Notes under the pieces: model-generated | Seen by the model: the letters and a program-made list of their open reading frames with translations, nothing else | Told to the model about the DNA's origin: nothing | Database searches by the model: none | Program-made: the position numbers and the translations under genes | Source: Octopus sinensis | Taxonomy: Eukaryota | DNA: 48,684 nt | Assembly (NCBI RefSeq): GCF_006345805.1 | Contig: NW_021834666.1 | Location: forward strand, 1-48,684 | Direction: 5' to 3' | In this document: positions 1-11,734 of the stretch, piece after piece | How the letters are laid out: every line of letters starts with the position of its first letter | Position numbering within the stretch: the first letter of the stretch is position 1

Positions 1-289
1 GAATTTGTACAACTCAAGCCAGCATGAAAAAAAAACAGACATTGAACAAACTAAAACAAGCATGATTTTTTATTCACATCAAATTATATATATGCGTGTG
101 TGTGTATCTATATTTATATATATATATAACAATTTTTCTTATGCCCAATCCATCTCTGGACTTGTCTGTAAACTGTTCACTGGATTAAAGTATTAAAGTC
201 TCATAGGGAAATAGACAGAGAGAAAAAGCAAAAGAAAAGGATGCTGTCTGTTAATCCCTCCTACGTTGTAATTGATGGGAGAACCCATG

Positions 290-540
290 ATATATACATA
301 CATATATATATATATACATATATACACATATATATCATACACATTATATATACATATATATATTAACACATATATATATATACATATATAATATATACAT
401 ATATATATATACCATATATAATATATACTATATATAGATTATACACACATATATATATACATATATATATAGATAAGGGAATGTTGGTGTGTATATATAT
501 AATAAATATGTATATACACATATAGATATATACACACATA
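290..540. repeat. Compound (TA)n/(TACA) microsatellite
   Basis: Directly visible imperfect TA/CA dinucleotide run. Confidence 0.95.
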
Positions 541-861
541 ATGAATATTCTGTTAGTGGGGGAGGGTTATAAAACAAACAAAAACTTGTTTTAAACATAT
601 GTTGAGCCAAAATTTGAAAGACGTTCTGAGAATCTAAATAGAAATTGTCCTTTCAAAGAAAAGAAGAATAAAGACCTAAAAGAAAGGATGAAAGTGAGAA
701 AAAACAGAAATGATAGAAAAAGAAACTGTATTTATTGAATAAAGACATACCAAAACCAGAAAATAAAGGAAAATAAAGAAAAAAAATAATGTTGTTGAGA
801 GACTTATATTAGTTTCCTAAGTTGATTTATCAAGCTTACGGACATACGCATAACATTTTCA

Positions 862-1717
862 TTAACAGCACACACATAATATTAAATATGTGTGTCAAAA
901 ATATATATATATATATATATATACATATATATATACATACATATTATTATATACAACAGGCATATATATATATATACATGCATATAATATATATACATGC
1001 ATATATATAAGATCATACATATATATATCACTGCATATATATATGTGCCATGATATATATATATACATGCATATATATATACTACATGCATATATATATA
1101 TATATGTGCAATAATATATATATATACATATATACATGCATATATATATTGTGCATATATATATCATACATATATACATGCATATATATATATGTGCATA
1201 TATATATATATATATATGTGCAAGATATATATAATAATATATATATACACATACATATATATATATATACATACATATATATATATATATATATACATAC
1301 TATATATCTATATATATACATACATATATATATATATATGTGCATATATATATATATATATATGTACATATATATATATATATAATTAATATATTATACA
1401 TACATATATATAATATATATATACTACATATATATATATGTGCATATATATATATATATATATGTGCATATATATATATATATATATATATGTGCATATA
1501 TATATATATATATGTGCATATAATATATATATATAATGTGCATATATATATATATATATGTGCATATATATTATATATTGTGCATATATATTAATATAAT
1601 ATGTGCATATATATATATATATGTGCATATATATATATAGATATATGTTATATATATATATATATATAATATAATATGTTGATATATATATATATATATT
1701 ATATTATATGGGCATAT

Positions 1718-1749
<32 letters not shown>

Positions 1750-1960
1750 CATACATATATATGTATATATGTGTGCATATATATATATATGTGTGTGTGT
1801 GCATATATATCTATGTGTGTGTGTATGCATATATATATATTGTGTGTGTGCATATATATATATATGTGTGTGTGTATGCATATATATATACACACACACA
1901 CATATATATCTATGGCAGATATTAAACAATGATACACACACATTTATATATCAATCTATC

Positions 1961-2018
<58 letters not shown>

Positions 2019-2027
2019 TACATATAT
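862..2027. repeat. ~1.15 kb compound microsatellite: (TA)n punctuated by TGCA, grading into (TG)n/(CA)n
   Basis: Recurring TACATGCATATATA then TGTGCATATATA units; source of the many Ile/Tyr/His ORFs in the track. Confidence 0.95.
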
Positions 2028-2261
2028 CTTTCTTTTGTCACTTGTTTCAGTCGTTTGACTGTGGCCATGCTGGGGCACTGCCTCGAAGGGTTTTAGTCAA
2101 ATAAATTAATCCCACTAGTTGATGTTTTACAAAGCCTGGTAATTATTCGGACAGCCTTTTTTTTTTTACCAAACCACCAAGTTATGTGAATATTAACAGA
2201 CCAGCACTTGCTGTCAATTGGTGGTGATAAAACAAAAAACACACACACACATAAATATATA
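2028..2261 (-). mobile_element. SINE family A, 3' half, cut by the Tc1 element
   Basis: cttgtttcagtcgtttgactgtggccatgctggggcactgcc is the reverse complement of the tail at 7200-7245; ends in the family's internal (CA)n/(TA)n tract. Confidence 0.8.
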
Positions 2262-3170
2262 CAGTACTGTTCAAAAGTCTTCAGCCACTTTAAACTATTC
2301 TAAATTTCTACTAATTGCCAACTTATAAATGGATGTTTCCCATAATTTCTTTACAGATGAAATATGGGCCCTGATGGAGTCATTTCCATACCTAATCATT
2401 GTATTTTGTAGTAGGGGTTCTGAATGAGAGGGTAAGATGTGTGACGACCAGCAAAACTGGCCGTGCAAAAGTTTTCGGCTACCTCACATAAACCAGTCAA
2501 GATACAGTGTTTTAAAACAGAAAAATGTCGATAATGAACATTTATTACATAATGTTCATTTCAAGAGGTTACTGTACATTGTTAATATTTTGTATGGCTT
2601 CCCTTAGCTTGAGTAATTGCATCAGTGCATCTGGAAAAAAGATGCATACAAATCCTTCACAATCTCCACAGGTATGAGATACCATTCTCTGTGGCTGAGC
2701 TCCCACAACTCCTCAAGATTGCATGGATTCTTCTGACAAATTCTTCGTTTTAGTTTTGTCCTCATTTGCCTGGTGATATTTAAGTCAGGGCTCTAAGCTG
2801 GCCAATCTTTCCATATGGTAACACCTTCGTCAACCAGACTCTTTTGTGTTGCACACAATTTGTGGCATGGAGCTCCATCATGCAGAAAAATCTCACCTTC
2901 ATCCAAATCTGGTATCAAATTGTCCTTCAGCAACTGGAGGTATTTGGCACTGTTCAAGTTACCGTCTAATTTATCCACCTTTCTTGAGCCAACATTTTCC
3001 CATAGCATCAGACTTTTACCCCCAAGCTTCATTGTTTTTGTCGTGTAACATGGGTCGTTTTGCTTTCCTGGAGGCCTTCTGACAAATTCTCGTTTATCCG
3101 AAAGTGAAATGACCCACATTACACAACGAAAACAGTGAAGTTTGCAGGTAAGAGCCTGATGCTTTGGGGA
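2262..3170 (-). mobile_element. Truncated Tc1-like DNA transposon (one TIR visible)
   Basis: TA|CAGTACTGTTCAAAAGTCTTCAGCCAC terminus at 2262; transposase remnant on minus strand; second TIR not found. Confidence 0.85.
2582..3150 (-). pseudogene. Tc1/mariner DDE transposase C-terminal remnant
   Basis: Translation gives FVRRPPG...KLDGNLNSAKYLQLLKDNLIP...FLHDGAPCH...DWPA*SPDLNI...AKGSHTKY*, with an in-frame stop and a frameshift; first catalytic D missing. Confidence 0.9.
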
Positions 3171-3224
3171 TACATAGAAAGTGATGGTTCAAGAAAGTTG
3201 GTTAAATGGTGACTTCAGCTTCAT

Positions 3225-3830
3225 GTTTTGAACTCAAAACATGAAGAGAAGAAATATCTCTAAGCATTTTTGCTCAGTGTGTTAACAATGTTGCATTCTT
3301 GAGAACGGTTTTAAATTTTGGAACAAGGCCAGTAATTCTAGAGAGAGGAGTCAGTTGATCACTTTGACTCAATATTTGGCCAATATTTTATTTTATCAAT
3401 CCCAAAAGGATGAAAAGCAAAACTGACTTTGGTGGGATTTGAACTCAGAATGTAAATCTAGAAGAAATGCCACTAAACATTTTTGTCCAGGAAGATAACA
3501 ATTCTGCCAACTTGCCACCTTGAGAATGGTTCGGAATTTTGGTAGAAACTCAGTAATATTAAGGGGGAAAGGGTTTGTGTTAAACAATTACATTGGCTTC
3601 AGTACTTGACAGGTACTCTATTTTATCGACCCCCAAAATGAAGGAAATTAGAAAGGGGTTCAGTCAATTACACCAACTCCAGTATTTGACTCGTACTTTA
3701 TCAATGTCAAAAGAATGAAAGGTAAAGTTGGCCTCAGCTGTATTTGAACTCAAAACATAAAGAGCCAGAAGAAAAGCTAACTAAGCAATTTGTCCAACAT
3801 ACTAATGATTCTGTCAGTTCGTTATCTTAC
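3225..3830. mobile_element. Cluster of degenerate SINE family B fragments
   Basis: Repeated (a)tttgaactca(g/a)aa...ctaagcatttt and tttatcgacccc motifs matching family B (11468-11685). Confidence 0.6.
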
Positions 3831-3958
3831 TGCTATATACAATAATGAAGCTTATACACTAACGGGAAAGTTTACGAAAATAAACAAAAGATGAAGGCAG
3901 GTGGAGTACAAACAAACAAATGTATTAGTATAGCACTCAGGAATAAAAATAGAAAAAG

Positions 3959-3996
3959 TCTTTTACGTTTCGAGCCTACGCTCTTCGACAGAAAGA
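3959..3996 (-). ncRNA. Minimal type I hammerhead ribozyme motif with variant core
   Basis: Minus strand reads UCUUU-CUGUCGA-A-GAGC GUAG GCUC-GAAA-C-GUA^-AAAGA: 5-bp stem I, 4-bp stem II, palindromic loopless stem III (ACGU). A6 is U. Confidence 0.7.
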
Positions 3997-4154
3997 TACA
4001 CAGAAAAAAACAAGGAGAGAAACAAGGAAAGAAAGAAAAAATGCATGTAGGAGCTAATGATCTATCAAGGTGTCCTTATACACTAACACAGGTAGGCACA
4101 CAAGTACACCTGGAGCCACAATTAAGTTGCTGTTGCCCAACAAGTTGCATTGTC

Positions 4155-4380
4155 TCTTATAGGGAGTTTGGGTTCAGCCCTATTTGTTATGCATTTCATT
4201 TGATTTTGAAAACAACAAAGAATTTAGCAAAATATCTATGTTCTTATTAAGCTGCCGCCTGGAGCATAATTTAACAGGAAGTTTTGATGGAAGGTTTTAA
4301 ATTTAGATAAATTTAGAAGCGGCAGTGTGTGTCAAAGAACCTGGGGCAAACTCAAGGAGGCTGGTATCAACCCGGCTAAA
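4155..4380 (+). mobile_element. Degenerate relative of the TTAA-flanked MITE
   Basis: aacaaagaatttagcaaaata...gttttgatggaaggttttaa resembles the interior of 31527-31733. Confidence 0.45.
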
Positions 4381-5153
4381 TCACAAGAGAACTGTACTAA
4401 CTTGTTTTAACGTAATGGCTCTTTCTAATTTTAGCACAAGACCTGCAATTCTGAGCAAAGGAGGGAGCATTTGATAACTTCGACCACAGTACTTAGCGGG
4501 ATTTTTTTAATATGGAGAGATTAAGACATCAGAATAGTCATTTAACTTTCTTTTTCTAATTAAGTATTTGACATAAGTAACACTGAGTAATTAATGTAAA
4601 TTATCATCTGACAATCATAACTTAATGAAAGATTGAAAAAAATAGAAATTTTAAGAATATATACAAACACACACACACAAACACATATATATATATTTAT
4701 TTATGTTCATAGACACACATATATGTATGTATGTATGTATGTATGTATCTGTAAATATAAATCATATACACAGTTTAATAAACATTTCCTTTCACTATGT
4801 TAGAACTTTTGCTAATATATATTATACACACACATATATACATTATTTGATGTACATATACACATATATACACATGACTATGCATATAATCATTAGACAC
4901 ACACACTCATCCATATACATCAACATACACAAACGTGTGTGTGTGTGTACCCAATCACACTTATAAATATGTAAATGAAAGTAAAAATCAATAATTAATT
5001 AAGTTTAAAAATATTAAACAAAAAGGGGAAAAAAAAAAACAGGAAAAGAATTTTTAGTTTTTGTAGTGAAGTGAAACAAAAGACAGAAAATATTGTTTTT
5101 GTTCTGAATGAATGAAACAAGCGTAATGAGAATTGTTGGTTTTTGAAAGATTC

Positions 5154-5188
<35 letters not shown>

Positions 5189-5805
5189 TTGAGAGAGAGA
5201 GTGACAGACAGACAGAGTGTGTGTATACATAGAATGAGAAAGAGACAATTAAAGGGCAAGAAAGCGAGTGAGTGAGAGAAAAAGAGAGAGAGTGAGAGAG
5301 AATGTGAAAGAGATTGAGAGTGTGTGTGAGAGAGAAGGAGAGAGAGATGGTATGGGTGCGAGGGTTTGCTGCATCTTTTTATCTATACTTTGAAGGATAT
5401 GAGTTTAGGCAATTATTTGTGTCAATAGCTGTAATCATAATGAGGGTTAGTATTCGAGGTGGTAGCGGTGGTGGTCGCCGTCATTGTTATGACGACGATG
5501 TTCCTATTAGTAGTAATGGACTGACTGATGGTGATAGCACTGCTATGGACATTTAGTACGAGATCAATGTTGACTGAGACGCCCTATGAATGAAGACATT
5601 CCAGCCATGATCATCCCGTCGTTTTACATCAACACATAACCATCCGTCTATCCATCTACTTTCTCCACCTACTCTTCCTGGAAGGGTTGTCAGTGTAGAG
5701 TCCTCAGGCACCTCTTCCATCGGGTCCTATCAGAAGCAACTGTCGTTACACTTTGCACCTGGATTCCCAAGAATGACCAACTGAGACTTTGGCTATCATC
5801 CAGCC

Positions 5806-6024
5806 CAGTGGTTTTCAACCAGGCTTCCGCGGAACCTTAGGGTTCCACCAGTACAGTCCAGGGGTTCCGCAAGAAGTTATGAAACTGCTAAAATCGGCAG
5901 TAATTTTTAATTTTCCTATGCAGATATGTGTGCATAAGACTATTAAATTATTGCACAGGGGTTCCCCGAGCCAGTGGAATGTTTCCTTGGGGTTCTGCTC
6001 CAGCAAAATGTTTGAAAAGCACTG
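5806..6024 (+). mobile_element. 219-bp hAT (Charlie-like) MITE, family 1
   Basis: TIR CAGTGGTTTTCAAC / GTTTGAAAAGCACTG; perfect 8-bp TSD ATCCAGCC; second copy at 32717-32935. Confidence 0.93.
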
Positions 6025-6642
6025 ATCCAGCCATTCTCATTCTTGCTCTATCCCCAAGTCTCTTGCTAGTTGGCTTGGCTTGAAGAATCCTGTATAGAAT
6101 TGCATTATCTTAACTATGTCACCTGTTCTTCTGCAAGATAGGAAGCAGGTACTTGAGGGAGATTCAGCTGTTATTTCTAGCTGACCAGATAACCACAAAG
6201 ATTTCAACTCTTGCTCAATTTTGTTATTGGTAGTGGTGAAAATTACTTTAGCCTTTAGTGGTGGTGATGGTGGTCATGGAGTTAGTTATTGTTTAGGGTT
6301 GTGGCTGTGGTGATGCTGGTGCATGTGATCTTGTTGCCAGTAGTGGTGGTAAATATTTTGTTTATCAAAGACAATATTTTTTAAACAGACATACACTGTT
6401 GCGCGTGCATAGTTTTGAACACAAAAGTACATACAACATTATAAATATTGCATGGTGTGTGTGTGTGTGGTGTGTGTGTGTGTGTGTGCAGTGAATGTGT
6501 TTTGTTTATCAAAGCTGAAAAATGCTTACTGTTTATTTGTCTTTAAACAAAACTTGTGCTGGAAGGTAAAACAGATCAGAGCATTGTACCAAGATGAAAA
6601 TGAAGTGTGTGTGTGTGAGAAAGACATATAGAACACACACAG

Positions 6643-6682
<40 letters not shown>

Positions 6683-6696
6683 TTAAAAAGTAACTT

Positions 6697-6850
6697 ATCC
6701 TTTACTTGATTTAGTCATTGGACTGCGGCCATGCTGGGGCATTGCCTTGTACGGTTTAGTGAAACAAATCAACCCCAGTAATTATTTTCCAAGTCTGGTT
6801 CTTATTCTATCAGTCTCTTTTGCTGAACCACTAAGTTACAAGGATATAAA
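6697..6850 (-). mobile_element. SINE family A 3' fragment (older, antisense)
   Basis: ttagtcattggactgcggccatgctggggc...gctgaaccactaagttac matches the reverse complement of the family A tail. Confidence 0.8.
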
Positions 6851-7255
6851 GGAGTGGCTGTGTGGTAAGTAGCTTGCTAACCAGCCACATGGTTCTGGGT
6901 TCAGTCCCACTGCTTGGCACCTTGGGCAAGTGTCTTCTGCTATAGCCCCGGGCCGACCAATGACTTGTGAGTGGATTTGGTAGACGAAAACTGAAAGAAG
7001 CCTGTCGTATATATGTATATATATATATGCGTTTGTGTGTCTGTGTTTGTGTGTGTGTGTTTGTCCCCCTAGCATTGCTTGACAACCAATGCTGGTGTGT
7101 TTACGTCGCCGTCACTTAGCGGTTCGGCAAAAAGAGACCGATAGAATAAGTAGTGGGCTTACAAAAGAATAAGTCCCGGGGTCGAGTTGCTCGATTAAAG
7201 GCAGTGCTCCAGCATGGCCGCAGTCAAATGACTGAAACGAGTAAAAAAGAGAAAA
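6851..7255 (+). mobile_element. SINE family A, near full length (tRNA-like head, internal microsatellite, GAGTAAAA-type tail)
   Basis: A-box-like TGGCTGTGTGG, B-box-like GGTTCAGTCC, cttgggcaagtgtcttc core; more than 10 related copies in the window. Confidence 0.92.
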
Positions 7256-7764
7256 AAAAAGAGAGAAAATGCAGTTTGGAGAAGACCTGCTCTTTAAAGC
7301 TAACTGGTGAAAGCAACAGATAGGTTTCAGACATAACAGATCACATTAGTGAAGTATACTTTTACTCAATTAGCAAGACAAAGACATCAACACACAAACA
7401 CTTTTATGTATCTATGCATAACAAAACAGGAAATTGGAAATTTTTTGGTATTATTTCCAATTTCCTGTTTCGTTATACAATGACTCTGCAAGTAATATTT
7501 CCATAATTCTCAATTTTAGTATGAATTTTGAACTAACATACAGCAGCAACTGAGACTACATAATGGATTGTAATAATGGAATAAGCAGATTTGCTTCAAA
7601 AGGAAACAGCTGGGGTTTACCCTAACTGCCTATATTATGTCTGTATGTATGAATGTATTCAGAGAGAGAAAAAATATATATGCACTGGAAAGCAACTGTG
7701 CTGTTTTGTCAATTGATTTTACCAAAAGGTGTCTATGATTTATAAAGCTTAAAATACCAAATAG

Positions 7765-8121
7765 GCTGGGTCGTTGCCAGTGCCACCTGACTGGCTCCCC
7801 ATGCCAGTGACACATAAAAAGCACCATCTGAACGTGGCCGATGCCACTACCATCTGACTGGCTCCCCGTGCCAGTGGCACATAAAAAGCACCAACTGAAC
7901 GTGGCCGATGCCACTGCCATCTGACTGGCTCCTGTGCTTGTGGCACATAAAAAGCACCTAATACAATCTCAGAGTGGTTGGCATTAGGAAGGGCATCCAG
8001 CTGTAGAAACATTGCCAGATCAGATTGGAGCCTGGTGCAGCCTCCTAGCTTGCCAGTCCCCGGTCAAACCATCCAACCCATGTCAGCATGGAACACAGAT
8101 ATTAAACGATGATGATGATGA
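7765..8121 (+). mobile_element. SINE-like family D with 67-bp internal tandem repeats and (TGA)n tail
   Basis: CTGACTGGCTCC recurs at 7787, 7854 and 7921; GGTTGGCATTAGGAAGGGCATCCAGCTGTAGAAAC box; related copies at 19420-19800 and 40424-40615. Confidence 0.8.
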
Positions 8122-8456
8122 CACATGTTAGTAACATTTCTTTAAATACCACCAGCAAATCAAAGAATCCTCAGTAAAAAAATTATAGTATTGCAACCAA
8201 CCTAGCACTTACCTATTAAGAATAAACCTATCACTCAGCTATTAAGAACATATATAGCACTCATATCTTAAGGAAAAAACCTAGCATTTATATATTTATG
8301 GCAAACAAGCACCCACTTATTTCCATTGACATATTTTATAATGCTCCTGTCCTTTAATTAGAAAGGAAATCAATTTTATAAAGTCAATTATTTCAAGTTT
8401 TTATTTTTTTTTTGTTGTTTTTATTATTTCATTTTACTTTATTGAACTATTTGATG

Positions 8457-8517
<61 letters not shown>

Positions 8518-8549
8518 TTGTGTGTGTGTGTGTGTTTGTGTGTGTGTCG

Positions 8550-8841
8550 AGGCACAATGGCCTAGTGGTTAGGGCAGCGGACTCGTGGTCGCAGGATCGC
8601 AGTTTCGATTCCCAGACCGGGCATTGTGAGTGTTTATTGAGCAAAAACACCTAAAAGCTCTACGAGGCTCCGGCAGGGGGTGGTGATCCCTGCTGTACTC
8701 TTTCTCCCACTCTTTCTTCTGTTGGCCTGCTTGCTTAGCCAGCGGGGTGGCCTCAGTCGAAGGCTAAAACAATGCGAACGCATTGTGACCAGCAATGTGT
8801 AACAACATCTGATGGTCTGGTCGGTCACGTGATCACGTGAT
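8550..8841 (+). mobile_element. SINE family C with tail type 1 ((CACGTGAT)n end)
   Basis: tRNA-like head TGGCCTAGTGG ... GTTTCGATTCC; reverse copy at 32379-32688. Confidence 0.88.
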
Positions 8842-8844
8842 ATT

Positions 8845-8927
<83 letters not shown>

Positions 8928-9133
8928 AATAGATAGGCAGGCAGACTGAGAAAGACATGAGAGGATAAAAGCTGAAATGTCTTTCATCATAGGGCACTGA
9001 AAGCTCAATCAGGGCAAACCTGGAGCTCAATAAGAACAGCAACAACAACCACAGAGCGGTAATGTCTACTGCAACAAGATCTGAACTCAAAACAGCATCA
9101 CCAAACTTAAAGCATTTAAACCATCTCTCCAGC

Positions 9134-9177
<44 letters not shown>

Positions 9178-9417
9178 CGAGTGAAAGAACCTGTTTAATC
9201 GAGAATGTGAAAAAGGAGAAAGCAAAGTCTTCAGTGTGAGTATGTGGTTTGTAGGGGTCAACCACGTCCTCCGCTTCATTTTTTTGTTAATCCCTCATTC
9301 TCATTTAATTGTATATATTTTAATTGTTTGTTTATTCATACGTTTCGTCTCATTCGATACCCTGACCCCCAACGTTTGTTTTGTCCCCTCTTTTTCTCAA
9401 CCTTATGGTGAATAAAG

Positions 9418-9468
<51 letters not shown>

Positions 9469-9689
9469 TGTTGCCTGAGCTGCAAACATTTCAAATTTTA
9501 ATCATGTTTATAACCATTCTTCGTTATGTATCTTCCTGCCTCACCCAAACGTCCCCCTCCTTATTATATAATGGAATTCTTCACACTGGCATTTCAGTAT
9601 TCTCTCTCGCAAAGTTTTCTGGGCACCAGATTTCTTGGCTTCAAAACTGTCTGCTGCATGTTGCTGTTATTGTTGCTGTTGTTGCTGTT

Positions 9690-9930
9690 GCAACAGTATT
9701 GACAACAACAACAACAACAAGACGAAAGAAGAAACAAGAAAAATAAAAAAGACAAAAGATATAGTAAGGTAAAAAAAGAAAAAAAACTTGAGAATGAGGA
9801 AAAGCGAGAGAAAGAAGAAAACGGAGAGAAAGAAGAAGAAGAAGAGTAAGAAGAAGAAGAAGAGTAAGAAGAAGAAGAAGAAAAGCGAAGAAGAAGAAGA
9901 GTAAGAAGAAGACAGACGACAGAATATAAG
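9690..9930. repeat. (CAA)n / (AAG)n low-complexity tract
   Basis: Direct inspection. Confidence 0.9.
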
Positions 9931-10287
9931 AAGAAAATAGAGCAAGAAGCAAACAAACACTTTTAGTCAGTCACAGAAATATGCAAGTTTCAAAAAATTC
10001 TCATCAATTAACTCACATCACAAGAGTAAAATGTGTGCATGTGAAATATTTATTTATTGATGAGATGAGAGTAGCAGCAGCAGCAGCAACTAAACAAAAA
10101 ACAAAACAAAAAAAATGGATAAAAAGTAGAGCACCAAAAAACAATAATTTGTCTTATATTATTTAGTTTCATCTTCTTCCATATATATATATAAGTTCTG
10201 AGTTCAATTTCTGTTGGCCTCAACTTGGCCCGTTTAGCAGAGAATAAAGGCTCCTGTTCCAAGTTAACATTTTATTTAACTGATGAC

Positions 10288-11105
10288 TATTATAGCTATG
10301 GTAAGACCTCACCTGGAATTTGCATCACCGGTCTGGAACCCCTATCTTGCCCAGGATATCAATCGTCTGGTAGCCGTTCAGCGATGTGCAACCCAAAGAA
10401 TACCCTCCATCAGGCATTTGCCATATTCTGAATGCCTTACTTCCCTGGGCATGGACACATTGAAACTCCGACGTCTGGCAGCTGACTTGGTAGACACCCA
10501 TAAAATTATTAACCATCTTACAAACAATAACTCTGAGCACCTTTTCAAACTCCACCCATCTAACACCCGTGGACATATTTACAAAGTCAGAAAACAGCAC
10601 AGCTCCCATGACTTTAGGAAACATTTTTTCACGCTGAGAGTTGCTGAAGCTGGGCATGGACACATTGAAACTCCGACGTCTGGCAGCTGACTTGGCAGAC
10701 ACCCATAAAATTATCAACCATCGTACAAACAATAACTCTGAGCACCTTTTCAAACTCCACCTGTCTAACACCCGTGGACATGTTTACAAAGTCAGAAAAC
10801 AGCACAGCTCCCATGACTTCAGGAAACATTTTTTCACGCTGAGAGTTGCTGAGGCATGGAACAAACTGCCGGCATCAGTTGTTAGTTGTCAGAGCACTGC
10901 ATCCTTCAAAACTTCCATGCTTTCTGAGATTCGCCAACACTACACCTGATCTTTCTCCCCTCCATACACACACAAGCATGTATCTGACTCATACACTGTT
11001 CACTTTCCAGACATTTGTACATTACTGCATATAATTTATATGTACTTTCTGACAAGTTGTGGTGCACCTGAGCACTGTATACAATAATTTCATTATTATT
11101 ATTAT
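10288..11105 (+). mobile_element. 5'-truncated CR1-clade LINE (RT C-terminus, 3' UTR, (ATT)n tail) with internal 205-bp tandem duplication
   Basis: MVRPHLEFASPVWNPY...VQRCAT...LKLRRLAADL...TRGH..KV...FFTLRVAEAWNKLP..VV...S..SFK is the typical CR1 RT C-terminal motif series. Confidence 0.92.
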
Positions 11106-11467
11106 TAATTCTATATGCCAATAATTTCCATATTAACATGTTCATTTTACATCTGCTTACCTTAATGGCAAGGGTTCGAGGGGTCTTAAAACAGTCTGAG
11201 TTATTTCTTATAGGGAGCAACTGCTTCCATGGTCTGATGCTCATGCCTAACATTTTGCTTTGATTTCCATGACTGGTTACCTGTACTATTGCTAACCACT
11301 TTACAGAATGCACTGGGCACATTTGGTGTGTCTAAAACTGCACAATCCAATTGGGTCTTTATTTTCTCTTTAAAACAATATGGTGTGATTTGTAAGATAT
11401 TTAGTTGTTATTTTCTAACATATTCACTACAAGCTCTAGTTGTGATGTAGTGGTTTGTGAGTTGTAA

Positions 11468-11685
11468 GGCAGCGAGCTGGCAGAAACGTTAGCACGCCGG
11501 GCGAAATGCTGAGCGGTATTTCGTCTAAGTTCAAATCCCGCCGAGGTTGACGTTGCCTTTCATCCTTTCGGGGTCGATTAAATAAGTAGCAGTTATGCAG
11601 TGGGGTCGATATAATCGACTTAATCCGTTTGTCTGTCCTTGTTTGTCCTCTCTGTGTTTAGCCCCTTGTGGGTAGTAAAGAAATA
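11468..11685 (+). mobile_element. SINE family B, complete, with perfect 16-bp TSD
   Basis: TSD GGTTTGTGAGTTGTAA at 11452-11467 and 11686-11701; head GGCAGCGAGCTGGCAGAAACGTTAGC and B-box-like AGTTCAAATCC. Confidence 0.92.
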
Positions 11686-11734
11686 GGTTTGTGAGTTGTA
11701 ATTATCCCAAGAGCTAAGCCAATGGGGCACCAGC

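Noticed and set aside
6851-6915. tRNA-like sequences at SINE A, B, C and F heads
   Set aside because: A/B boxes are present but acceptor and anticodon stems do not form a proper cloverleaf, and each continues into a repeated SINE body. Not called as tRNA genes.
7787-7950. Regularly spaced repeats (67-bp units; also the 24-bp units at 47872-47935) as a CRISPR-like array
   Set aside because: No unique spacers, eukaryotic repeat context, no cas genes.
8993-9243. Possible + strand exon GTESSIRANLELNK... ending at a GTGAGT donor
   Set aside because: The frame hits TGA just after a (CT)n tract, no recognisable protein, and the acceptor is weak.
9530-9660. Minus-strand peptide QHAADSFEAKKSGAQKTLRERILKCQCEEFHYIIRRGTFG with a GTGAGG donor
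   Set aside because: Requires a non-pyrimidine acceptor inside a CAA/CAG repeat; no homology recognised.
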